Shown here one piece after another: positions 50,401-62,400 of a DNA stretch of 64,000 nucleotides. This DNA is from Acanthaster planci (taxonomy: Eukaryota). The translations under genes and the position numbers were made by a program. Below the pieces are notes generated by a model. That model was not told the origin of the DNA. It worked only from the letters and a program-made list of their open reading frames with translations, and searched no databases. The first letter of the stretch is position 1, and each line of letters opens with the position of its first letter. The stretch covers positions 3,249,854 to 3,313,853 of the forward strand of contig NW_019091361.1 in the NCBI RefSeq assembly GCF_001949145.1, given 5' to 3'.

Positions 50401-53400
50401 AACATATCATTAAAAATATTCACTGGAATTTGTAATGTGTATGTAAATTATAATGTTTTATTTGTTGCTTACATTTTGGGTTTACAAGAGAGCCACAAAA
50501 TAATCTGAAATGAGTCTCACCTTCCTTTCCTTTCATAATTTCCAAGACTTTCTTTACCTAGGAAGTAGGAGTCCTCGTAAATTACCCTGATCACAAGTAT
50601 TTGTTTCTTTCAAATACTGCGCTCATTCATGTGTAGTGTTGTAGCAGAGTAGAATGCACGTCCCTGCAAGTCCATCACGCCATCCACTTTTTAAGTCAAG
50701 TCACAAGCTATTCAAACGAAATGCAACCAAAGCATTCCTTTATCATTGTTCGCCCAGTTACTTGTGACTGATCTTGTGAAGGGACTTGTGACTGGGATTG
50801 TGAAAGGTTTTAAAAAAGGAATTAAATACTACAGCAATGCTTGTGTATGCCGTCTTTTTCTGTTTACCTGATATTTGAGGCAAACATGTCAGAAACAACT
50901 TATATCTCTGCTTTAGGGTTTTGGCAGTACAGTGAGCAATATGCCAGCAGTTTTAAACAGTACAGCCAGTGAGGATTTGCGGCGTAAGTTTCAATTTTTG
51001 TCTTCCATCTCTAGTGGCTGTGACCTGCCTGACATGGTACGATGAGGACCGGCGATTTGCTGTTGGCTACTCAGATGGAATCCTTGCAATGTGCAGCCGC
51101 GACACCTTTGACCCGGAACCCATTATAGTGCTCCATGCTCACAATGTGAGACCCCCATTCAAACCTCGTTTGCCCCACCCCACCCCCAAATTTCACTTGA
51201 AAGTATTCAGCGGTTAATTAGATCTCAGAGTTGAGCATTTGTTTTCATTTCAAAATTTGTTCTTTGAGTGTTCTGCCAAGATCACTGAATAGCTCTTGGG
51301 ATCATGTTCAACATAAACTTAGTCAGTTGTTGTGTATGCTTGTTTTTGAGGATGTCTGTCAAAGGTTTAGTACCACTTTGCTAAGGTTGCAAGTCTCATG
51401 AATAAAGATATTTAGCCAAATACACGTACATGTATTTTTGCAACTTCATGACATACTTCTGGCATGGATTTTGATGTAAATGACAGTAGCAAACTTGGAG
51501 CGGTGTATATTTTTGGTGAATATTTACTGATGCATTCAAGAACGAATGAGCTTTTTTTGGTTTATTTCAGACGGCCATTGACCAGCTAGGCTGGGACCCT
51601 ACTGGTCATCTCCTGGCCACCTGCTCCCAGGACCACGAGGTCAAGGTTTGGGCCCAGAAGTCCAACCGCTGGCTCTGCCTGCACGTCCTCCGGCATGGCT
51701 GCCCACTGTCGGCCCTCCACTGGTGCCCTCACCTGAACCAGCCCAGCAGTCCCGTTCTGCTGCTAGCCACGTGAGTCATCGTCAGAGGGTTGGGCTTGCC
51801 CAATCGAGCCTGTGTTAAAAATGCCCAAACTGGCCAAACCTTGTCCAAGTTTGAAAGCTACAGGTGGCAATAACACACATTTCTATGGAGGGCAGATCCA
51901 GAACCGACTGTCTAGATGGGAGGAGAGCAAAACATTTTTGGAGGGGTGGACAAAAATCTTCAGAATTTCTTTTTATAACCTGTGGCCTTTTTGAGAGGTG
52001 AAGCTGAGTTATAAGGCTTTAGAGTTTTAGAGTTTTAAGAAAAATAAAAGACTCGTCAAAATCACCCTTTTATCTTTATATTGCTTGAAATTAATACTAT
52101 TCAGCCCTTGTTTTGGGAGGGGTGATTGGCTCCTGTTGGCCCATCCCTGGATTGGCCATTGGTGTCCATGAGCAGTGGTTGCAGCCGCTAACCAGCGTCT
52201 CCATTGGCCTACGTGTAATTTTCAGCCACAGTCCATTTTAACTGTTCCTGTTCCTGTGCGGGATTGTGGGTAAAATGGGCAAGTCTCAGTGACACCAACA
52301 CAGTCGTAATATATCACCACTTGCTATTCCATTGATACTTACAATTCCGTTCCTGGAGGTCACTGCATAAAGGTTGCCCAATGAGAACGTTTTCACGTAG
52401 CACGGTGCAAAAGTGTAAAGTGTGCCCCCCGTTTCTTTCTCTCCATTCAGTGGCTGTAATGACGGCAGCGTTAGGGTTTGGAAAGTCCCGCACACTGGAG
52501 CGGACGTCACCGTGCCGAGACTGGGCCAACGAGATGAGAGTCTTCAAGGAGTACCCCAGACTGAGGTATTACTTGGCTTGGCCATGTGTGTGCCTAGGCA
52601 ATATGTTTTTTTCTCATGTTTAAAGCCTGCTTTTCTCAGAAGGCCTAGAGTCAGAAGAAATCTGTTACTTTTCTTTTCCAGTTATTCATGCAATGAAGTC
52701 AGCAGTCCTTAAATCTTGTGGATCCGTGGAACTCGGTTATATCAAAGTCTCGTTTTGGAAATTTTCTGTAAAATTTTTTCCACTCTTTTCAGTTACTGCT
52801 CCCTTTTGTTTTTGTGTGTCAAGGGTCAAGGCAGTGACACAAACCAATCAGATAGTGCTGTGGAGGTGTTCCATGTCAAAGGTCACAGTGAGGCTGTCAC
52901 TCAGCTTGCCTTCAATCCCAGCTCCATGCTCCTGGCCTCAGGATGTGCCCGAGGTTACATCAACGTCTGGGCACTCCGTGTAAGCAGTGCTGCTAATTTT
53001 GATTAAGAAACGATCTAAAGGGGGCATTTGATTAAGAACTTTTTGGGATTCTTGCACCTTGGCACACTGATGGATGTCAGAATTTGGGAATAAATTCATA
53101 CAATGTCTCACCACAAAGTGAAGATTGTAGACAGAGTCACCTGAGCTGTGATTGGATGCCTTAATGGAAGGATATATCCCAGTGCTAATATCATTCACTT
53201 ATTGTATTTGGAAAATGACATAAATGTGTATTCATGGCATTCATCAATTATTGTTTTGGGTGTACTTCAAAGAGACTTTTCACTTGAGGTAACTTTAACA
53301 GAATAGACACTTGTTTGCTCCTAGTAAGGTACGCATTAGACTGACTAGACTTGACCAGTGGTTTACCACGTACAGTAACCAGTTTTGATAACCTTTGATA

Positions 53401-56400
53401 TGTTGAATTTCAGTGTAAATATACCATTGAAATTTATCCTACAAGTGTAGTCTAAGTAATTGATTTTCATTTATGAACGAAGTAGATGTTGCTTAATTCT
53501 GCTTTGGTTCCCCTAGTTTTAAATTTCATACAGTAACTTTTTACCCTCCCCCTGCCTTCAGGAAAGTGCCGTACTGCAGACAGTTCAGGGCGACGGTCCC
53601 ATCCAACAGCTTTGCTGGGTCAGTGATGCAGCCGGGCTGGCCGCCTGTTTCCAGAACTCCAAGCAACTAGTCATCCTGGGCTACACCGACACGCTGTTCA
53701 TCAGGAACCGGGTCTATGCCGCGGCACGGATGGCCTTGCTCAACCAGGGAATCGTAGGATTGCATCAGGCACCCTGCCTGAGAGCCTTCCTGGAGCGACT
53801 GCCCAAGATACTGCAAGACCAGTACTCATATGAAAAGGTGATTTGGGATAAAGGATTCGAGGGAAGTGGGGTTGGCTTGCCTTCCACCTCTGTGACCTGG
53901 GTTGAAATTCCACCCTGGCTGACATTGGGACTGGGTTTTCAGTCCCTAAATTCCAAGGGCTTCTCTGGAATGTTCGTGGTTGTTTCATCCATCTCTAAAG
54001 CTGATAATTTTCTCCTTGTCTTCCCCATGACCCCCTCAGTTTTTAATTGGCATTGGGCATTTTCTTATCATAGGTCCACGTCTTGTGTGGTGACCAGCTG
54101 GTCCACAGTAGCTTCCTGCAGTGTCTGGCCTCTCTGGCCGTGGCCTTGCAGCTGGACAAAGCCCTCTTCTACTCGCCCACCTCCCTGCAGACCCAGGCCG
54201 AGGCCTCCGACACCACCCACCTCCCCTACCCCCACCACCGCAACCACCACGGGGCCGGCCAGCTGGCCGTGGCTACCCAGTGGAGCTGGCTGTCCGCCTT
54301 CTGCACGGCCCTCAAGTCGGCCGGCGCCCTCCTGAGGCGGGAGCAACTGCCAGCCGAGTTCAGCGTGCCGGATGCGGAGACCCTGGAGGGAGCCGCCACT
54401 GAGGGTCCATTGCTGGACCCCAAGCCCTCAGACAATGGCCAGTGGAGCCTGGCCATGGACGAGCAGATCATGGCCTGGGCCACCAACCGGCCTGAGGACT
54501 GGCAGCTGGGGGGAAAGTGTGACGTCTACATGTTCGGCAGTGGCAGGCACGGCCAACTGGCTGAGACAGGACGGGGCACCAACTTACCCACTATCACCCA
54601 GTCATTCTCGCAAGCACAGCAGGTTGGTTCATTCAGAGCTCAGGTGTCATTTCCTCTGGATGTATTCCATCAATATCCAATAAAACAGTATCCACTGATT
54701 TCCAGGCATTTGAAGTATACTTCACATTGTACAAACTTGGGAGAGTCAATTTATTTAGTTATTTTGCCAAATAACTGTCAGGTAGAGATTTACCTTTCCA
54801 ATATCATAACCATTCATGAGTCTAAGGAGACACACGTGGCTGGTGCATATAGCACTCTCCTCTTGCAATTTTGTCCCAGATTCTATTCCTGGCCTGGACA
54901 ACATGTGAATAGAGGTGACGCGACGGTTTTTCTCAGATCTCCAGTTTTGCTCCTGCGACAATCAAACTTTCAATCCCTGCAGTCAAGTGTGCGTTAATTT
55001 GGGACTGCCTGAGGTGGTTTAACTATGTTAGCTACTTCCTTTGTAATTCAGCCTTGTGGCTTTGTTCTTGATAGAATTAATTTTAAGTCACAGGAGCCCT
55101 TGATGAGGTTTGGATGCAATTGCAGAAATCACTAGACCGCTTGATAGCTCCAAAGTTTGAAGTGAATCACATCCAGCTGTTTGCTTTTTACTTGGATTTC
55201 AGGTTGTATGCGGCCAGAATTGCACCTTTGTCATCCATCGCAATGGGACAGTGTCCGCCTGCGGCGAGGGTAGCTATGGCCGGCTAGGCCAAGGGAACTC
55301 AGACGACCTGCACTCCCCGACGGTCATCTCGGCACTTCAAGGTAAATTGCATACAAGTCAGCCAATCATACCCAACAATTCTGCATAATAGTGCTGGGGA
55401 GATCTCAAAACGCAGGCTGTTTCTGCTCTTTTGGGACAATTTTCGTTTTTTTCTTCAGAAGGCTCCGTCAGCATTGGTGCTCAGTTCAGATAAGGCCATC
55501 CCAAGTTAAGAGACATCCAGTCCTGGGTCAGGTCAAATGAACTGTGACAAAGTATTCCTTTCAGTCCTTTGCTATTATTCCCCTCCCCACCCGCTGTTTG
55601 TTTTGCCGGCCTTTTACCCAACTCATGATAGACTTTAAGATTGACGTGGAGTCCAACTCTGCAAGGCTGCATTCACTAGGGAAACAGTTTGCTCTTTATG
55701 TTCCCACTAATAGAGATTGCTCTCAATTCAGCATCAGGGGACAAGGGACTGAGGCAGTGCAGTCAGGTTTTTTTCTTGTGGTAGATATGTAGTATTTGGA
55801 TTGGGACACCATGTGGCTGGGGCATGATTCCTGCCCATATGGGATACAGGTTCTGTGGCATCCTACTCCCTATCCACAAAACCAATATGTCCACAAATGG
55901 CAGGAATCACCAACACAGGGCTGGACAGCTTAGTTGGTGGAGCATCGGCACTGTGTACTGAAAGTGGCAGGTTTGACCTTTTCGTGCCGGGAGGCGGCTA
56001 GACGCACCATAAAAATTGAGATCCTCAGCCCGCTTTTAAGCTATTATTCTTTGCCTACACTCGAGCGAACACGGTGAAAGAAGGCAGACCCTGGCTCTTG
56101 TGTATATGGTGATTGGCCAAGCGAGGCTGGAATTCTTTGAGTCGGCTTTCGGGAAAAAATTCCCGTCGTCAAGGGGTTAAATCCTGTTCCTCTCAATGTT
56201 CCCAAGTTATCTTTATTATTATGGAAGTAAATATATGCTTGGCTTGGATTGGGTCCGGAGAATGGACATTGATAATGCCCGAACCAAATTTTAAGACCGG
56301 CGAAATATATATACGTTTCCATTCATAAATACATACATCTTCTGAGTCACTAAGTCAAAACACGTGTAAATAGGTATAAATTTCCAACGTTTTTGTTCGA

Positions 56401-59400
56401 CATTTCCACCTCCTTTTTTTTTTTCAAGCACCCGTCTAGCCATGCTTTACTATGTTCCTCTTGCAGGTAGTCATAAACAATCTCCTTGTGTGAAGATCGC
56501 CACACACATGGCATGAGGTGGCGTATAGTTAGCTGGTGCTTTATTGAATGAGACCAGCCATGTGATGGGCTCTCGGCTAGTAGGAATGGCTGAACTGCCC
56601 AAAGTATTCTTGAATATTTTGTACTTAGTTCTGCTATTCGGTGTATGTCACATGTAGAATACGGCCGTTTCACAATGGTGCACCACCAAGAGTTTGCAAC
56701 GCGTTGGCCAATCACAATGCGCGGAATTTTTTGCGTCCCAATGTGCGTCTGGAAAAGGTCGACAAATTTCACGCGTTATGATTGGCCAACATGTTGCAAA
56801 TTCTTGGTGGCGCACTATTGTGAATCGCCCGTAGTCTTCAGCACTGATGTGGTAAAAAGACCCAATCTGTTCCCCGACTTTATCATTCCCCAAGGTTTTG
56901 TAGTGATTCAGCTGGTCACGTCCTGTGGGTCCGATGGCCACTCCATGGCGCTGACAGAGAGCGGTGAAGTCTTCAGCTGGGGGGATGGAGACTACGGTAA
57001 ACTGGGCCATGGCAACAGCGACAGACAGCGTCGGCCACGGCAGATCGAGGCCCTGCAAGGAGAAGAAGTCACCCAGGTAAATCGTTTGACACATTGGCCA
57101 AAGTTGTGCACACTTTACTGGGCAGCGTGACATCACAGTGACCAGCCTGACTCGATGTGGGCGGTTACTCAGTTGCATTTCATATTGAGTATGGGATGTG
57201 ACGGGGGAGAAATTGTGAAATCAGGAAAAGAAAAGAAAAATTTCAGTAATTACAAGTATATTCACAGTATTAATTTGTTCTAAATTTTCAGTTTCTACTG
57301 CAGTAGCACGTACTTGCACAAACAAAATCAGTGACCAACACATTTCTGTATTAACTCCTTGACGACAGGAACTTTTTTCTGAAAGCCAACTCTGAGAATT
57401 CCAGCCTCGCTTGGCCACGAAGACCACCTGCCAAACCGCAAATTCTTGGTTTGTGGCCCTGCGTGCTCTGCACGCTCTGAATTACACAGTGAAAAGGCTC
57501 ATTGTTCGGTGGCATGCAGCTTTACTCATGCTTCCACATTCCTGTTGCCTCTTTCCAAAGTGGGGACNNNNNNNNNNNNNNNNNNNNNNNNNNNNNNNNN
57601 NNNNNNNNNNNNNNNNNNNNNNNNNNNNNNNNNNNNNNNNNNNNNNNNNNNNNNNNNNNNNNNNNNNNNNNNNNNNNNNNNNNNNNNNNNNNNNNNNNNN
57701 NNNNNNNNNNNNNNNNNNNNNNNNNNNNNNNNNNNNNNNNNNNNNNNNNNNNNNNNNNNNNNNNNNNNNNNNNNNNNNNNNNNNNNNNNNNNNNNNNNNN
57801 NNNNNNNNNNNNNNNNNNNNNNNNNNNNNNNNNNNNNNNNNNNNNNNNNNNNNNNNNNNNNNNNNNNNNNNNNNNNNNNNNNNNNNNNNNNNNNNNNNNN
57901 NNNNNNNNNNNNNNNNNNNNNNNNNNNNNNNNNNNNNNNNNNNNNNNNNNNNNNNNNNNNNNNNNNNNNNNNNNNNNNNNNNNNNNNNNNNNNNNNNNNN
58001 NNNNNNNNNNNNNNNNNNNNNNNNNNNNNNNNNNNNNNNNNNNNNNNNNNNNNNNNNNNNNNNNNNNNNNNNNNNNNNNNNNNNNNNNNNNNNNNNNNNN
58101 NNNNNNNNNNNNNNNNNNNNNNNNNNNNNNNNNNNNNNNNNNNNNNNNNNNNNNNNNNNNNNNNNNNNNNNNNNNNNNNNNNNNNNNNNNNNNNNNNNNN
58201 NNNNNNNNNNNNNNNNNNNNNNNNNNNNNNNNNNNNNNNNNNNNNNNNNNNNNNNNNNNNNNNNNNNNNNNNNNNNNNNNNNNNNNNNNNNNNNNNNNNN
58301 NNNNNNNNNNNNNNNNNNNNNNNNNNNNNNNNNNNNNNNNNNNNNNNNNNNNNNNNNNNNNNNNNNNNNNNNNNNNNNNNNNNNNNNNNNNNNNNNNNNN
58401 NNNNNNNNNNNNNNNNNNNNNNNNNNNNNNNNNTTTTTTTTCATTTTGCAGGTTGCTTGCGGCCTGAACCACACCATGTGTATGTCGGCGGACGGGAACA
58501 CCGTGTGGGCGTTTGGCGACGGAGACTATGGGAAACTTGGTCTAGGGAGCACTGCAGCCAAGTCCTCTCCACAGGTACGCAAACTTCAAGAAGAGGGGAA
58601 CCATACTATTGATTGAGTCAAATTGATTACAGGTGGATATGCAGATGAACTGGAGTGTATTAGGTGCCCAAGTGATTAAAAAAATTTTGAGTTGCTACAT
58701 TTCTTAAACTTCAGATTTAGTTTTTCAGCATTAGTTCAAACAAGGTGTTCACTGAATTTTGTCATCGGAATTTTTTGTCCAATGTCTCATCTGTTTTGCA
58801 GAAAGTGGAGGGTCTGTCAGGAATGAGCATCAAGAAGGTCTGCTGCGGAACACAGTTCTCAGTGATTCTGACGAAGGACGGACGGGTCTACACAAGTGGC
58901 CAAGGTAAGACAAGACAATGTCCAATGTCTCCAAGTCCAATAACATACCCAACTTACCACTGAAGAGATTCAGTGTTCGTGATGGAATGACCCATGTTGA
59001 ACAGGGGGACACTTGTATTTCTTCGTGCCTATGGCTGTGTATTTCCTGACAAAGGACGTCAACATCATTGCTTCACCTATGTTTGCTAATAACTCTGGCC
59101 ATTTGGAAGGTAAAGATTTCTCGTTGATTTCAGTACATCCATGCGAACAATTCACCAGTGCTGTATTTTTTGAGCCTCAAATGTCCAAATGAGGAATGGT
59201 TTTACAGAAAAAAATTTGCTTTTTGTGCTTGTTTTTCTGAAAGTCTTCAGCTTACCGCGTCAGAGTTCAATTTCAACTGACCCTTGCCTGGCTGTACCTA
59301 CCAAAATCCATCAGCCTGCAGTATTTGACGGGTTGTGCTTGTTTGATCCGCAAACAAAGGACCTTTGGGGGTCCACTGTTTGATTTTGTAGGATAAACAA

Positions 59401-62400
59401 GCTCTGTACTCATTTTGTAAGGTGGCATGGAAGTCAGTTGCACTTCCCACTTGTTTGATTTTGTTGTAGTTAGGCAGGTGTCTCACTTTCTAAGATCCTT
59501 CTTTGGACTTTATTGTTAGATTCTGTGGAATGCAGTCTGGTCTCACTCTTTTCTGTGGCTGAATTCCAGTAGGCATTACATTTTGTCGTTGGATTCTTCT
59601 GTATTTCTGGAGGATGTGCACTTTGCTGTTTTTTCATTTTCTTTGTAATTTATTTGAAATTAACCTGATTCTATATGCGTGATCACAGAAAAGAAAGGTT
59701 AAAGGTGAATGGTTTGACCTTTGTTCTGATGCCAGATCGCCTGACAGGTCTGCCCGAGAGCAGGTCCAGACTGTCCAATCGACCTCAGCAGGTGCCGGCC
59801 CTGGCTGGTCACTTCATCGAGGACGTGGTGGCTGGATCGGAGCACACCATGGCACTGACCAGCTGTGGCAACGTTTGGGTGTGGGGCAACAACATGGACG
59901 GACAGGTAGAATTGGCTGTGTGTTTGTGGAGCCCTTTAGTTGTCTGTCTTGTACAGACTTTTGACATTCCATAAAACAGTAACCTGTCACAGGTTGACCT
60001 GCCCTAGGTCAAGATTTGAATATGAAAGTTTGGAATTGACCACTTGATTTGAAGTGGCATGGACAAAATTTTCATTCTGCTGGTTTTTTAACGTGAGCAT
60101 TTGAAATTTGTGAATTTTAACAAAGTTTTAGACTTGTATTAGAAAAACCAAGGGTTTCCAAAATTTGTTTGGTCATTTGTGTGAGTATTATTTCTGCTAG
60201 AAGTTACAAATTACAATAAAAATGGGAAAACAGGTTTTTAAAATCAATTCCCACTTCCCAAACAATTTTGTTGTCAACAGTTGGGATTGGGTCACACCAA
60301 TACCGTCAGAGAACCTCTTTTAGTGACCAGTCTGCAGAACAAGAATATACGCCAGGTAAGATAAATGTCAGCTATTTGAGTCTTGCTGGAAACAGATCTG
60401 AATCATACCTTCGATGTTACATTTCCAAATGGAAATTCCTGAAAGTTTAGTTTAGTTTATTTCCATATCTTAAATGAAATATTAACATGATTTTAAGATC
60501 AAAATAACAGAAATGCTATGAGGAGTCCAGATACGAAGCAAATGCTTGTACACCATCTGGACTGAGCGAGACTAGTGATGTATTAAACCTTCATGTATGA
60601 GAATAATTTCTTTTACATGATGACCTGAAATATGCTCCTATGCTAAGTCCTGGACATTTGACTTTATTGGCCCAATTTTTTTTCTCTCAGATCTCAACTG
60701 GGAGGAGTCACTCTGCTGCCTGGACAGCTGCCCCCGTGCCGGCCAGGGCACCAGGTACCCCTCAACCTCTGCAGCTAGGTCAGTCAATCGTTCAGCTTTG
60801 CACCATCAAGATGACAAGGATTGCATTGATTTCGTGCTGAAAATCTATAAGGACGCTGTTCTTTTGTTATGTTCTGTTGTTGTCTCTTTTTTTCCGTGAT
60901 GAAGTTTGAAACAGTTTTTAAGTGAACTGAATTTCTTCAAAAAAACTAAAAACTAGCAAACAACAAAACTGACAAAGGTAAAAAAAGAAGCACTGGCAAA
61001 CTGTCGTGTTCAGGCCAAACAAATTTGAGGTCAGCAACTCATAGTAGAAGTCTTCCAGTCTCAGCACTCCTGCCATTTCAATATAATGACACGCCCCAGG
61101 TTTTGGCTAGCACACCGTGTCAGCCTTTTCTCCCTGCATTTCCAACAGATTGTAATGACATCACAGAAACACTTTCCAACTGTTCTCAGTTTTGGTTTAT
61201 TGTTGAAGGCTTGCCCCACAGCGTGCCCGCTCAGTACACCGCCCTGAAGGAATGCAATACCTCCTCCATCAGAGCGCGCCTCAGGCTCCTGCATCACTTC
61301 TCCGATCTCATCTATGCGTCCTGGCGTCTCCTCAATCTCAGCCCAACCCAGGTGAAGTCGAAAAGAAAAAGGAAACTTATCATTTTCCTCCAGCACGCTG
61401 CTGTTGTATTAAACCAACCACAGTTTGTAAAAATTAGGAGTGGGTGATAGGAGGGGGGCGATCATGGACTCTTTGACAGATGACAAAATTCTTTGACAGA
61501 TGACAAAATTTAGACATTCATTTTCAGAAACTTTTCATTTTTACACCCCTGGACCTCAAACCTGGATATGCCATTAACAGGTGGTTGCTAGCATTGTGTG
61601 GGATGGGGAATGGTTGATGGCTGTGTAAGAAAACTCATCTCAGAAGTCATTTTGCCCTGCTTGCACGAAACACCGCTTACAATATCAAAGTAACCAACAG
61701 TTGTGGAATTAAGTCATGGATATTGGCCATTTCTTCCTTTTGTCCTTACAGGGACCTTGGGCGGCATGCACGACTGGCATGACAGGATTGACCGATGGCC
61801 CCCTCCGGCCACTACTGGCCTCCAGGGTCTACACACTGCCCATGGTAAGGTCCATTGGCCGGACGATGGTCCAGGGCAAGAACTATGGCCCCCAGGTTAC
61901 GGTCAAGCGACTCGCAACAAGGTAGGATACCACGGTTGACCAATTTCAAACTTATGTCCATTCTAGCTTCTCATGGCAATGATGGCTGCCTTTTGTTCAT
62001 TGATTTGTTCATTGTTCAAATCTGATCTTTAAACTCAGTGTCATGAGCTTATTCCATTTTAAATCCGATTGTATCTTAATAATTTGCTTCAGTGCAGTGC
62101 TTGGGTTTGTAGTAGTTCAAAGGATTTCAGATTTAAGAATCCTGCTGCTAACATTTCAAACAAAGTCCCAAACAAAGACTTTCTCCCAAGTGTTAGATTT
62201 AGCAAATTTCATAAGCTTCCTAACAAAATAGGAAGTTACTTGAAGAACCAGTTGGCCCATTACAGAGTAGCAAGCAACAAAAGAACAGATTTCAGAAAGG
62301 CTGATGTTATGGTCTAAGATACCAATATTTGGCCCTTTCATAACTTGCCTATCATTGCCTAAATATCATTTGACCCCAAGGTTTCTGGGAAAAAGTTGTG

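Noticed and set aside
57411..58616. ORFs of 316-401 aa across the second gap
   Set aside because: N read-through; only HERC1 exon 58452-58574 is supported.
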